A stretch of 64,000 bases of DNA from Octopus sinensis (lineage: Eukaryota). The notes under the pieces were generated by a model. The model saw only the letters and a program-made list of their open reading frames with translations. It ran no database searches and was not told the origin of the DNA. The stretch spans positions 67,270,001 to 67,334,000 of the forward strand of contig NC_043007.1 of the NCBI RefSeq assembly GCF_006345805.1. The letters are read 5' to 3'. This document shows positions 51,471 to 64,000 of this stretch, piece after piece (position 1 is the first letter of the stretch; each line of letters starts with the position of its first letter). Position numbers and translations under genes: made by a program.

Positions 51471-54400
51471 GTGTATATCACCGTGGAGGCACAATGGCCC
51501 AGTGGTTAGGGCAGCGGACTCGCGGTCATAGGATCGCGGTTTCGATTCCCAGACCGGGCGTTGTGAGTGTTTATTGAGTGTGTGTGTATATATATATATC
51601 TATATGTATATATATATATATAGTCTTTTAATAAAATTACTTTGTAAAATATCAACTGCACATGCTCAAGGGTTTTTTTTTAATCTTTATCTTTTAGTGA
51701 AGGGGTGAAAACTGTGCTTATAACCCATTACAAGGCCTCTGAAACTGGGTGGGAAGGAAGAAGGTATCCTCAAACTGGAAACCTGGTCCAATATGGAATC
51801 TGTTAAAGGCATCCCAACGAGGAATTCGGACTCATAATGCCAACTGTTGGAAGAAGATTTTTATTCATCCAAAATTTTTATAATTCCAGCAATCTACCAC
51901 TTTAAGTTGATACATTTTTTTTTTATTAATCTCAAAAGGATGAAAGGCAAAGTTGAGCTCAGCAAGATTTGAACTCAGAACACAGAGATGTGGAAACAAA
52001 TACTGTGACAACACACTAACAACTCTGTCAATTCACTAGATGGTCACTGTGCCTCTAACAACGAAGTGGTAATTTCATCATAAATATCAACCTCACTCAA
52101 TAATATAATCATGGATTATATTGGGTTAACTAATTTTCTGGTACCTTGTTATAAAACATTATGGCAGTTGTTCTGAAATAGGGCTGCACACCCTGACACT
52201 GATGGGAAATGGGATAATAGTGAGGAGTACCAAAAATATGGGTGAGCAATATTTTCCCCCAGAGTGCATTCTGTGTTTGTTTTCATGGGCAATTATAGTA
52301 CTCATAAATTCAATGAAAATTCAGACAGAAAGAGGTTTTCTCTACAAAAATTTTGTTCTTGCAATATCATGATATGATCTGATTATAATTTGTTTTCAAA
52401 TATAATTCTTTTTAATCTTGGTACAAGACCAACAATTTTAAGGGGAGAAAAAAATTGATTACATCAATACCAGTACTTGTCTGATACTTTATTTTATTGA
52501 CTGCCAAAAAGATGAAAAGCAAAGTCAAATATAATAACACACACACAGAAATAAAGATTTTGCCAAGTCGAAATCTGGGGCTGTTTATATAACAGTAACA
52601 GCTGTTGTTTATAGCTGTCGATTTCAATATTTTATGAGAGAATTCATTAATGCTAATCTTAGAAATGATACATTGATAGCTGTATGTGAAATTTTTAAAG
52701 TATATATTTTTATTAGTGTATAATATAAAGTATATTATTTTTATTAAGCAGAAGAAACTTTTGTTAAGCTCCTAGCAAATTACTCATGCAACAGGAAAAG
52801 CTTACGTGTTTCTCCAATTTTATTTGAACCAATCACAAAGCACACCTTGTGACAATTGCCATGATACATCTCTGATATTATCTAGATGCATAGAGATGCA
52901 CACATACACTTTACACTCATATGCTAAGGAACTGTGACACATCTACAGATAGTCTAAAATTTGCTCAGCTTGGAGCTGGAATACATCAGAACCAAAAAAA
53001 AAAAGTACAGGAAAGAAGGGACAACCACTTGAATAAGGCAATCCCTTTGGCACTGATGTCACTTTTTTGTACTGCTTCCTACAATATTTATCTTGAGTAG
53101 AACAGTTGCAGAGGCCTGTCTGACCCTACGAGAAAATGCTTCAGATGGCTGTTGCAATAGCTGGTCTACAATTCCCAGTCCTCTTCTTCCCCAGTTCTAG
53201 ACTGCTGCTCCAGTATGTACAAAACTTTGAGAAAGGTTACTTACACGGATCACAGTACTGGTTAACAGCAACTTGTGACTCATGATTACTTTTTCCTCTT
53301 TCCTTATCAAGAACAACTACAAACAGGAAAAATGTTTTGCTGTCTCTCATCCTGAATCAAGGACATTTATTTACTTCACATTACCGCTCTTTGGAGACAT
53401 CCTTCCTAATGACACAATGCTCATAATTCCTCTTTCTTATCACACTAATTCCACAGATACAGCTGGAGTAGAAGCCAAATCATTCACTATTCTGAACTCT
53501 CTACAACAGCTAATATTGATTTCAAATTTCAAATTTTGACACAAGGCCAGCAATTTCGGTGGATGGGCTAAGTCAATTGCATCAACCCTCAGTACTCAAC
53601 TGGTATTTATTTTATTGACCCTGAAAGGATGAAAGGCAAAGTCAACCCCAGTGACATTTGAACATAAAAACAGATGAAATGATGCTAAGCATTTTGCCTG
53701 GCATACTAACGATTCTGCCAGCTTGTTGCCTTGCAACAGCTAATATCACCAACTATTCATCTCTTTGACAAACATGTAGACATCCCACATACCACATGTC
53801 AAGTCAATCTGTATACACTACAACTACATGTGATAGCAGTAGTTTGCTAACTGAACTGTTTGATACTGGCATCCTGGCTGTGGATAGTTTCTTGTCTGTT
53901 CATTCACTCAGTGTCTAGTAATAATTGCCATTGAGTCAATAACAGTCACTTACTGAAATAGTTTATATCCTTCATATTGCATCACATGATTTCAACGTGC
54001 TCTGACTGGCAGGGGGTGGGGGTTAATGCTATTTAACCCACAGCTGAGATCCTAACAAGTTTTGCTGAACCCTCATATGTTGTCTAACAATAGGAGAGTA
54101 CATGATACACACACACACACACACACATATATATATGTGGAGGTGCATTTGCCCAGTGGTTGGGACAGCGGACTTGCGGTCGTAGGATCACTGTTTCGAT
54201 TCCCAGACTAGGCGTTGTGAGTGTTTATCGAGCGAAAACACCTAAAGCTCCACGAGGCTCTGACGGGGGGGGGGGCGATTCCTGCTGTACTCTTTCACCA
54301 CAACTTTCTCTCACTCTTTCTTCTGTTGGCCTGCTCACTTAGCCAGCAGGGTGGCGTCAATTGAAGGCTGATGTGTAGCAACATCTGATAACCTGGTCGG

Positions 54401-54482
54401 TCACGGTGATCACGATGACATACACACACACACACACACACAGACACACACACACACACACACACACAGACACACACACACA

Positions 54483-54950
54483 TATGGTACGATGAGTAAA
54501 TTTTCGCCATTTTATATTTTTAATTTCAGGCATGCACATCGTTTGTTTTTGATTTTGTTGACTACACAGTATAGTAAGGTCAGCTGGGCACCGTCTGTGA
54601 GGAAAACAGCACCATGATGCAATTCACTGAGTCAGAAATTTGGAAATGACATGCTGTGCTGCTGGAAGCTCCAATGGGAATATTTCAGTGTGTTTGGGTG
54701 TCAATCTGAGGACAGTGCAATCTGATGACATGTACTGAGAGTGATAAAAAAAATCAAATATCCAGTCAATATCATTGTGTTTGGAGTGATCACTAATGAT
54801 GGTGACATTATACCTCCATTCATCTTCCCACACAGCCTTAGTCTCAACACAGAGGCCTACATCAAGTGCCTGGAGGAAGTAGTGCTGCTCTGGATCAAGC
54901 GGGTAGCTACTCAAAGACCCTATATCTGGCCACAGGACTCCGGTAAATTT
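54483..54950 (+). mobile_element. Second maT (DD37D-family) deletion derivative, 3'-truncated
   Basis: KIKYPVNIIVFGVITNDGDIIPPFIFPHSL..YIKCLEEVVL.W..RPYIWPQDS; homologous to 16144-16906. Confidence 0.8.
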
Positions 54951-55153
54951 CACTCGTTGGGTAATTCACTTTGAAAACAGTGATGGACCCTTGATGAAAT
55001 TGCAATGACTAGAATGCATAATTGCATACAAACAATGTGCAGTCACTGCAGTCAAAACATATGTAAGTCAGTAACATACTGTAGAAAACTTTTTAATAAA
55101 AAGTTTTGGATGTGAATAAATCTCCACTCTCCTCTTCATTATCAATATTATAT

Positions 55154-55213
<60 letters not shown>

Positions 55214-55216
55214 AAT

Positions 55217-55785
55217 ATGTGCCGAGATATCAAAAAGGAGATCTCACGGAGAGTAAGGGCTGGATGGAAGGCGTTCAATGGCATAAGGGATGTGCTCAAG
55301 GGAAGGTTCGACAGGACCATCCGTGCCAACCTCATTAACAGTGCAGTTCTGTCTGCAATGTTATATGGTAGTGAAACATGGGCTACCACAAAGAGAGAAG
55401 AGCAAAGACTGTTAACGGCTCAAAGAGCCATGGAAAGGTCAATGCTTGGTATCTTGTTGAGAGAGCACATAAGTAGCAAGATCATCAGAAAGAAGTCCGG
55501 CGTGAGAGATGTCATCGCAGAGTATACACGCAAGTATAGATGGGCTGGACACATCGCCCGGTTCACTGATAATCGGTGGACGCACGCAGTTGTCGAGTGG
55601 TACCCGCATGAGCAGAAAAGACCACCCGGAAGACCTCCACGACGGTGGAGTTACGATTTCAGGAGGACGATTGGGATCACGTGGATGAGAAAGGCGCAAT
55701 CCAGAGAGGAGTGGACAGCATGCTGTGACCAGCGGTGTCAAATGGACGCCTGACGGACTGGTCAGTCAAGGTGATCAAGGTGATA
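55217..55785 (+). mobile_element. RTE-clade LINE, 5'-truncated, ORF2 C-terminus still open
   Basis: EISRRVRAGWKAF..MLYGSETW..QRAMERSMLG..RWAGHIAR..RPPGRPPRRW; tail (caaggtgat)2. Confidence 0.88.
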
Positions 55786-55794
55786 TATATAATA

Positions 55795-56096
55795 ATAATA
55801 ATAATTTGAGGGAATATCATTCCAAACTTACAGGGAAAAATTCAATTTAGAAATACTAAATCAAATTTCACAAAATATAATATATATATAATTAGAAAAA
55901 AAAACACCTTTTATCAATTCAAAATGAAAAATTAAATTACACCATCTAGAAAATAATAAATAAAATGTATATATACGTTTTACTTATTATTTTGCACATA
56001 TTTTTTTACCTTATATTTAATATTTCTATTATATGTAATTTTCTAGATGGTGTAATTTAATTTTTCATTTTGAATTGATAAAAGGTGTTTTTTCTA

Positions 56097-56167
<71 letters not shown>

Positions 56168-56990
56168 TCCTCATCATCATCAATATCATCATTGTTTAAT
56201 GTCCACATTTCATGCTAGCAAGGGTTGAATGGTTTGACATGGAACTGGCCAGCTGGGAGTTGTCCAGACTCTAATTGTCTGTTGTGGCATGGTTTCTACA
56301 GCCAGATGCCCTTCCTATTACCAACTACTTAACAGAGTGTGCTGGGTGCTTTCTATGTTTCACTGGCATGGGTGTGTTTATGCAGTACCAACATGAAAGC
56401 ATTTACACAGCACTAGCTCAGGTGTTTTTATGTGGCACTGGCACCTGAAAGGACAAACCTGTATGTGTGGAAGACAACGATTTTATTTAGCTTGATGCAT
56501 CCTATTGAGTATAGCAAATCACCACATCTCCCAGTCCCTTGTCATTTATTCAGTGAGGCCCAGTGTCCAAAGATCCTTTCTCACCATTTCATCTCATGTT
56601 TTCCTGAGTCTACTCCTTCTACAGGTACCCTCCACAATTATTCTATATCTTACACACACACACACACACACACACATGCACACACACACACATATATATA
56701 AATAAATAAATAAATATATATATATATATTACATACCAATTATATACATTTTTATTATTTTTTTGCAATTTACTTAATCATTGGTATTTTATTGTTATTT
56801 TAATTTTAATATTTCTATTATATGTAATTTTCGAGATGGTGTAATTTAATTGTTCATTTTGAATTGATAATAGATAGTTTTTTTCTAATTTTTTATATAT
56901 ATATTTTATATTGTGTAAAATTTGATTTAGTATTTCTAAATTGAATTTTTTCCCTGTAAGTTAGGATTAATATTCCTCAAATAATTATTA
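55795..56990. repeat. AT-rich foldback element with a duplicated right arm
   Basis: Left arm 55795-55954 is the inverse of 56826-56990; 55891-55954 is also the near-perfect inverse of 56038-56099. Confidence 0.8.
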
Positions 56991-57097
56991 TATATATATA
57001 TATACACACATGCTCACACACATGTCTACACAAACATAAACAAACACATCTTGAGATATGTAGTTATATCAGTGACATGTTTAACATGTACTTGCAG

Positions 57098-57280
57098 GTA
57101 AAACACATCTGCTGTATTCTTGGCTCCTGGGACAACAGGCCGTTGTCAGTACACATCCTACTTTGGAATTTAATGTGGAGAAAATTATCACGCGAGATGG
57201 TCGTATCTTTTTGGTATGGGATATTTCTGGGTGTGAACGATTTCGGCCCAAACGGCGTCATTTTCTTGAAGGAACTCAAG
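57098..57280 (+). CDS. ARF/ARL-family small GTPase, exon 2 (GKTHLLYSWLLGQQAVVSTHPTLEFNVEKIITRDGRIFLVWDISGCERFRPKRRHFLEGTQ)
   Basis: Acceptor cttgcag|, donor |gtttgt, 183 nt, phase 1/1; completes the GKT P-loop and carries switch I PTxxFNVE and switch II WDxxG, collinear with ARF1. Confidence 0.93.
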
Positions 57281-57965
57281 GTTTGTTTAATTTTGCTGCA
57301 CATTCCAAAATTTGACACCCAAGAAATATTATACATATGTATTTGTGTATATGTGAATTTGTTTAATACTCCAGTATTCAGATTGCTTTGTTAAGTAATC
57401 CTTTGTACAATTGGCTTCTTTCAGTTTTCATATACCAAATCCATTCACAAGGTTTCGGTCAGCTTAAGGCTACAGTAGAAGACATTGCCCAAGGTGCTAT
57501 GGTGTAGGACTGAACCTGGAATCATGTGGTTGGGAAGCAAGCATCTTACTATGCAGTCATGCCTAGCTATATCACTTTAAACTCTGAGTCCAACTCTTAC
57601 TGAGGACATCTTTGTCTTATCATGCTTCTTGAGGTTGATAAAGTAAGCATGAGCTTGATGCATAGTAGCTTGGGCAAGCATCTTCTACTATAGCCTTCAA
57701 ATGACTTATGACAATGCCTTATGGGTGGAGTTTGGAAGAAAACTGCGTAAGTCTATCAAATATGTACCTTTTCATATATATGTATGTGCATATGTATGTA
57801 TGTGTGGCTTTTGTCTACATTCCTATATAACATTTTGATATGAATGGGATTTATAATAAAAAAAAGTGTTCTTTCCCAAAACTTTGAGACTTTGTACCAA
57901 CATTAGAAATCAATAATTAACAAATTCAAAGCAAAAACGTAGCAGTAGGAGAAGATATATTGGAT

Positions 57966-58250
57966 CAGGGGCTCTCAACCATTTTTTACCTATGACTTCT
58001 TTGATTACTATTTTATTCAAAATTTCTAATTTGTTTTTCACACATTAACTTGTGGAGGTTGAACTATGTTAGAGAAAGAAACCTAAATGTTTCTTGCAAT
58101 ACATACCAATACATACATCTAAAGAAAAAACTTTTTAGGGATTCTTAAAATACTATTGTGGCTCTCCAATTTACTATATCATTGCATGGCCCCCCTACAA
58201 ATCTTATATGGACCCTCAGGGGCCATATAGATCCCGGTTGAGAACCACTG
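57966..58250. mobile_element. hAT MITE
   Basis: TIR caggggctctcaacc / ggttgagaaccactg; 8-bp TSD tattggat / tattaaat (6 of 8 match). Confidence 0.8.
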
Positions 58251-58534
58251 TATTAAATAATGTAGTTCTACATATCCCTAAAAACAGGATGATCATAAAT
58301 GGAGTGCCTTTACTCATAAGCCTGCTTCATCAAGACAGAACAAGTGAGATAAATAACATCTGTTTCACTATTCTATTGTCATGTTATCTGTTGCCTGATT
58401 GGGTTCTGCCTGAAGGAAATATAGAACTGGTCAGTGTCTTTCTCTGTGTTAGTGCGTCTCAATTTTCATACCTCAATCAGTCAACATACTACAATCACTA
58501 GTTCACTGATGGGCAAAATAGGGCACTTCTGAGC

Positions 58535-58855
58535 CAATGGTTCTCAAATGGGGTCCAGTTAAGATTTTGCTGTTAATATTTATGTGCAGTAAATTGCTTA
58601 TACTTTTACAATACACAAAATATTTTAATGTTTTCATACAATTTCTAGTAATATTTAATTATAAAAATACTGTAGGATTTTTTTATATACAAAGGCACAG
58701 GTGTGGTTCTGTGGTAAGAAGCTTGCTTCCCAACCACATGGTTCCAAGATCAGTCCTACTGCATGGCACGGGCAAGTGTCTTCTACCATGGCCTCAGGCT
58801 GAACAAAACCTTGTGCATGGATTTGGTAGATGGAAACTGAAAGAAGTTCATTGTT

Positions 58856-58886
<31 letters not shown>

Positions 58887-59183
58887 GTATGTGTGTGTGT
58901 GTCTTTGTTTGTCCCCCACCATCGCTTGACAACTGATGCTGGTGTGTTTTACATCTCCTAAACATAGCAGTTCAGCAAAAGAGATTGATAGAATAAGTAC
59001 AAGGCTTACAAAGAATAAGTCCTGGATTTATTCATTCAACTAAAGGTGGAGCTCCAGCATAGCCACAGTCAAATGACTGAAACAAATAAAAGTATAAAAG
59101 AAGAATAGAATGATCATGGAGGTCCAGTAAAATAAAATAAGAATTAAAGGATTCCATAGGCAAAAAATGGTTGAGAACCACTG
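58535..59183. mobile_element. hAT MITE containing a family A SINE insertion
   Basis: TIR caatggttctcaa / ttgagaaccactg; TSD ttctgagc / ctctaagc (6 of 8 match). Confidence 0.8.
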
Positions 59184-59691
59184 CTCTAAGCAGTCATTCC
59201 TGCATTTACCCACGTTTTCCTCAAAATCATCTGCAATATAAACTGAAAGATATAGTCTAGTATGTTCTCTTTCAGACCCTATTGAAACCCTTAATCTTCT
59301 TGCTGAATATCAAATTAAGAATATCAAATCAAATGGAACATTACAAAATCCTTGAGATACATTTTGTGTATTTTTTCACCAGACACTAGCTAAGAGCATC
59401 CTTTATTGAAGAAATTAAAGAAATTGTCCCATTTTTCAATAACCCTTTTGTTACAATATTTCTGCTGAAATACACTACTTTTGTTTCTTTTGATTTTGAA
59501 AATTATATGAAGTATGTAGTAAATTAATTCTTTCATTATTAAGCTGGGAGTTTGGAACATAAAATGACAAGAAATTTCAATGGAAAGTTTAAACTTAATT
59601 CACTTTGAAACAAAAAACTGGTATCATATAACAAGTACCAGTCAAAAGTAGCTTGGTTTCAAAAGGGTTCACAGAATTTTTTAATATAATA

Positions 59692-60238
59692 TTGAGTTGT
59701 CCGGAAAGTTCATGCTGATTTTTAAAGGAAAGAAAAAGGTCAATAAATACGTGCCATTACATTTTTAATCAACCAAATATGAACCATTTTGTTGCACAAT
59801 GAATCTCCATCTTTCCTTTAACTTGAAAATACCCTCTTCCCAGAATTGAGGTGGTTTCATGGCAAAGAATTCATCAAGGTATCTTTTTGCGTCATCCAAA
59901 GAATTGAAATTTTTACCATTAAGACTATTCTGCAGAGATCTGAATAAGTGGAAATCTGAATATGGAGGTGGGATAACACATCCCAGCCGAGCTGCAGCAA
60001 TTTTTTTCTGGTTCCCAAAGTATCAAGGACCAAAAATGAACTTTCTTATCTTCCATTTTAAAGGATTACAGAATTAACACAGATTATAGGAACATAAACC
60101 TTCTTCCACGAAAAGATAGCTTAAACTGTGCTCTAAATGGAGGTGTAGTTAAATCTTATTTTATGAACTCAACCATGTTCTAAAATAAGTCGAAAGGTAA
60201 GCTACTATAAATCGGCACGAACTTTCCGGACAACCCAA
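59692..60238 (-). mobile_element. Non-autonomous mariner deletion derivative (547 bp)
   Basis: TIRs ttgagttgtccggaaagttcatgctgattt / aaatcggcacgaactttccggacaacccaa; retains the transposase C-terminus (HPPYSDFHLFRSLQNSLNGKNFNSL...). Confidence 0.88.
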
Positions 60239-60373
60239 TGGTTTTTAAAACTATGGCACTCACATATCCCAGGTTCAAATTCATAGGTATAAGGAAATAA
60301 AACTAATATTCATGTCTTTTAAAAGGGCACACTTGAAATATATAATAATATTTATCTATTATTGTCTTTTCAG

Positions 60374-60508
60374 CCATTGTTTTTGTGATAGACAGTGCAA
60401 AACCTTTGCAGCTAAAATTGGCAAAACTTGATCTCTGGGAGATCCTGCAAGAAAATGAACTGAAACTTTGTCCTCTCTTAGTTATAGCTAACAAACAAGA
60501 CAGCAAAG
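60374..60508 (+). CDS. ARF/ARL-family small GTPase, exon 3 (AIVFVIDSAKPLQLKLAKLDLWEILQENELKLCPLLVIANKQDSK)
   Basis: Acceptor ttttcag|, donor |gtattc, 135 nt, phase 1/1; ARF-type IxFVxDS and G4 NKQD motifs. Confidence 0.93.
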
Positions 60509-61732
60509 GTATTCTTAGCTGTATTATGTTTTATTTTTGTTGTTTTATTTGTGTTATAATTGTCATTATTGTTTTATAGTTAATTTTTTAAGGGTTTCAG
60601 CAATTCAGTTGCTGGCTTACTGAAGAATTTGATAATTTTGAAACATAATTATTTTTTAATAGCCATCATTGATGAATCCATTTTTGTCAGTTGAGCTGTC
60701 CCATTTAAAATGAACGTTTGAACGTTTGGGTATGTGTGATCAGTTCAACATTGGATAGGTTACTGTACATTAGGCATCACATGTAACTTGTAATCTAAAC
60801 TAGAGTCTGAATCCAATGATAAAGCTGACCAATTTAATTGGTAATTCCATTTTCTGGCCACAGAATAAAATGGTTTCTTGTTGCTTACTGCCAACCCACT
60901 TGAGTTATTATCTTCCATAGAAGGTAATAAAACAATTCTCCTGATCCTTACAGTAATAAGTTTTATTTGTGTATATGCAACTCACTACTGTAAATCAATT
61001 GGAGAGTTAGGTGCCAAGTCTATAGACACAACACAGTACCATTGATGGAATACAAACAAACTTTCAGCTACTAATCTTATAATCCTCTTCCCTCAATGTG
61101 TTGTCATTCTATAATTTTATGATAACTTTATATCCAGTGATGACAATATGGAATGACAATAAGTTTTCATTTAACTTATATCCATAACCTTGTCTTGGTT
61201 CTTGGTTGGAAGAGCTTCATATACACTATTAAAGCCTTCAAGATATGCAGGAGCTTCACAATTCAATATAATGCAATTATGGATGATCGTCTTCTTCAGA
61301 ATATCTGGGTAGGTTTTAGAGTTTATGGTTGAATCTTGAAACATTAACTAAATACTAACTCTTCCTTTGAAGAAATGAAACTCCACTCCTCCATGCAGAC
61401 ACAAACAACATCATAATGGCTGAAACATTATCTAAATACCAGATCTTCCTTTGAAGAAATGAAATCCCCTCTTCCACCACAGACACACACAATGTTATAT
61501 TGGTTAGGTATTGCTTGACTCTTGAAAGTGTACACCTAGGATTATACCTTGAGTTTCATGAACAATAAATGAAAAAAGATGTAGATGTAAATTATTTAGT
61601 GGATTTCTCATCTCATCACTAAACAGTCCTTTATATCGCTTATAACAATTATTACTACTTATCTATAAAATTACATTTCAGTAATTTTTTTTACTATTAT
61701 TTTAATACAGTCTTGAATTTTTCTAATTCTAG

Positions 61733-61896
61733 AAAGCCTTCCTGTGGAGAATGTATCAGACGAGATGGGACTTAGCAACATACAAGACAGAATGTGGTCA
61801 ATTATAGCTATCAGTGCTTTAGAAACAGAAGGGGTTGATAAAGCATTGCGTGAGTTGTGTCGGCTTCTTGACGAGCACCGAGCTTCCATGCCTTAA
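61733..61896 (+). CDS. ARF/ARL-family small GTPase, terminal exon 4 (ESLPVENVSDEMGLSNIQDRMWSIIAISALETEGVDKALRELCRLLDEHRASMP*)
   Basis: Acceptor ttctag|, in frame with exon 3, TAA at 61894-61896; matches the ARF C-terminus (GL..I..R.W.I...SA...G); total CDS 573 nt = 190 aa. Confidence 0.92.
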
Positions 61897-62175
61897 TTGT
61901 TGACAAGATATAAACTTGTCATACAATCCAAAGAGTTGAAAACTAATGCATCTCTAAAACAAAAGACTATAAATATGTGGAAGCAGTCTTAAACCCAGAG
62001 CAACAGACACCATCTGAAAATCTCATGTACAGCGCCATCTTTTGAATTGATTTGATGTGATTTTCTTTGAATACTAGCAGCCTTCTGCTGGTTTGTGATA
62101 TTTGTCTTGAAAGTGGGTAGATTCCACCAATGGCAAACGTGTGCTGAACATTATATTGGTTATTGATTTGTATAA

Positions 62176-62181
62176 AATAAA
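62176..62181 (+). terminator. Candidate polyadenylation signal (AATAAA) of the ARL-like gene
   Basis: First AATAAA I found after the stop codon, about 280 nt downstream. Confidence 0.45.
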
Positions 62182-62344
62182 TCGCATGTTTTATCAACAA
62201 TACATCATATTTATGGATAATATTAAAAGAATATACAATAGATTGTGTTGAGGTATACTGGAATATACATCCTATGTATATAAGCACTCACACACACTCA
62301 CATATATGTATGTGTGATTGTGTATATATACATGTATATGGAAA

Positions 62345-63303
62345 TATATTTAAATATTGTCAAGCAATATATTACCGGTTATGGCATATAACTGGTCAGA
62401 AGTTTACCATCACTTTTACACTGGCTATTACACCTTGGCAACGTTGATGACTATTCAGACATATTGATCAGAAGTACATGGCCTTTCTTTATGCTGGAGA
62501 TATATAGAGAGCCTGGGTAGCTCAGTGTTGGCAAAAAGAAATAGAACAAAACATAGCAAAAAAGTTTTCTGAGAGAAAAAGAAGAGTTATTTCCAATAAG
62601 TTAAGGCTGGCCATGGGTGAAGCATGTAAGCTGTGTGAGTGTGTGTATGAATATACAATTTCCTAATTCAAAACTAGACATAGCCATGTTGTCAAACAAA
62701 TTTCTGCTCATCAGAATAGCATCCAAAAATTTTGCTTTTTTAGTTTAGGTAGGCGCTTGGATTGTGCATATGGTCTGACCATATCTGGATGGAAGTAAAA
62801 GGTGCAGGCTCTGCTTAGCAGAGAGGAGTATCATTTTAAAAAGATTTTCACAATCTACACATTCTCCTAAACTAAAAAAGCAAAATTTTCGAATGTTGCC
62901 CTGATGAGCAGAATTTTGTGTTGGCAACATGATTAAGTCTCTTTTTGAATTAGGGGATAGCACGTGCACACATGCACGCACATGCATGCGTACACATACA
63001 CACACACAGAGTTTATGTGTTACTCATGACTGACATCAATTTATGAGAAATAACTCTTCTTTTCCTTCTAGAAAAATGTTTCATTTCATTTTTTCATTTC
63101 ATTTTTTCTTTTTGCCAACATCAACCAGAGTCTATATATCTCCAACATAAAAAAAAAAAAGGAACTACGCACTTCTGGCCAGTATGTATGAACACTCATC
63201 AGGACTGCTTGGCTGTAATCATCAGTGTGAAACTAACTGTAACATTCTGACAAGTTACATGCCATAACCAGCAATAGACTGCTTAATGATATAGAAAAAT
63301 ATA
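62345..63303. repeat. Large degenerate inverted repeat (about 400-bp arms, about 115-bp loop)
   Basis: 62345-62748 aligns to the reverse complement of 62866-63303 along its whole length. Confidence 0.85.
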
Positions 63304-63364
63304 ACCGCACTATTACTCATATTGAGTGTGCTGTTTTCTGACTTATAGGCAACTAACTCATAAA

Positions 63365-63442
<78 letters not shown>

Positions 63443-64000
63443 GTGTATGTATGTATGTATATATACATACATACACACACATGCATACATGTGTGTGTGT
63501 ATGTGTGTATGTATACACACACACACATACAAAATACACATGTATATGAATTGAAAATCCTCCTGCACCCTCCATATACATAGGGCTCTTATAACCTTGT
63601 ACCATATTAGTTTCTATGAGTTCATTGAAGTTCCGTAAGCAATCTCTTTTTCATATCAGAATCAACACCAGTGCTTTGCAAAATCTTACTTTTGAAGAAG
63701 GTTTAATAAGGTAGTGAATCTGAACACAGAGCAAAAAGAGCCAAAACAGATTCCATGAGCCATCATGTCTCATATTCTAACTATTTTAAATGACCACTCT
63801 TGACTGGTTCATTATTTTATCAACCCTCATAGGATGAAAGGTGAAGTTGACTTGCCAATACTTGAAGTAAGTATGCAGAGTCCCCGAACAAATGTCATAA
63901 AGTATTTTATTTGGCACTTTAATGACTTTTGCTCCCCAACCATGTGGTTTTGGATTCAGTCCCATTGCGCTGTATCTAGGACAAGTGTCTTCTACTATAA

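Noticed and set aside
63640-63745. Minus-strand splice-like signals and a short frame (SKILQSTGVDSDMKKRLLTELQ*) near the window end
   Set aside because: Too short, no homology recognised, and the splice phase is ambiguous

Overview
AT-rich eukaryotic genomic DNA dense in microsatellites and transposon debris. The SINE/LINE repertoire looks like that of Octopus (coleoid cephalopod); this is recognition from memory, not a database result. Two host genes can be read, transcribed divergently. (1) On the - strand, a 1906-nt first coding exon (14847-12942, ending at a GTAAGT donor) of a ZNF839/DUF4764-like protein; its downstream exons were not identified. (2) On the + strand, a complete four-exon, 190-aa ARF/ARL-family small GTPase gene (29556-29646, 57098-57280, 60374-60508, 61733-61896) that the ORF track misses, because the exons are short and intron 1 is about 27.4 kb. 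The exons splice in frame with canonical GT-AG sites. The protein is atypical: WDISGC replaces WDxGGQ, so the catalytic Gln is lost; PTLEF replaces PTIGF; and a Gly-rich N-terminus follows a myristoylation motif. The rest of the window is mobile-element material: several mariner/maT/pogo-like elements and MITEs, hAT MITEs with 8-bp TSDs, piggyBac-like MITEs, an internally deleted Helitron, RTE, CR1/L2-like, HERO-like and R4/Dong-like LINE fragments, tRNA-derived SINEs (including an 11-copy head-to-tail array), and three long foldback structures, two of them close to exons of the GTPase gene. There are no CRISPR, rRNA or genuine tRNA genes.
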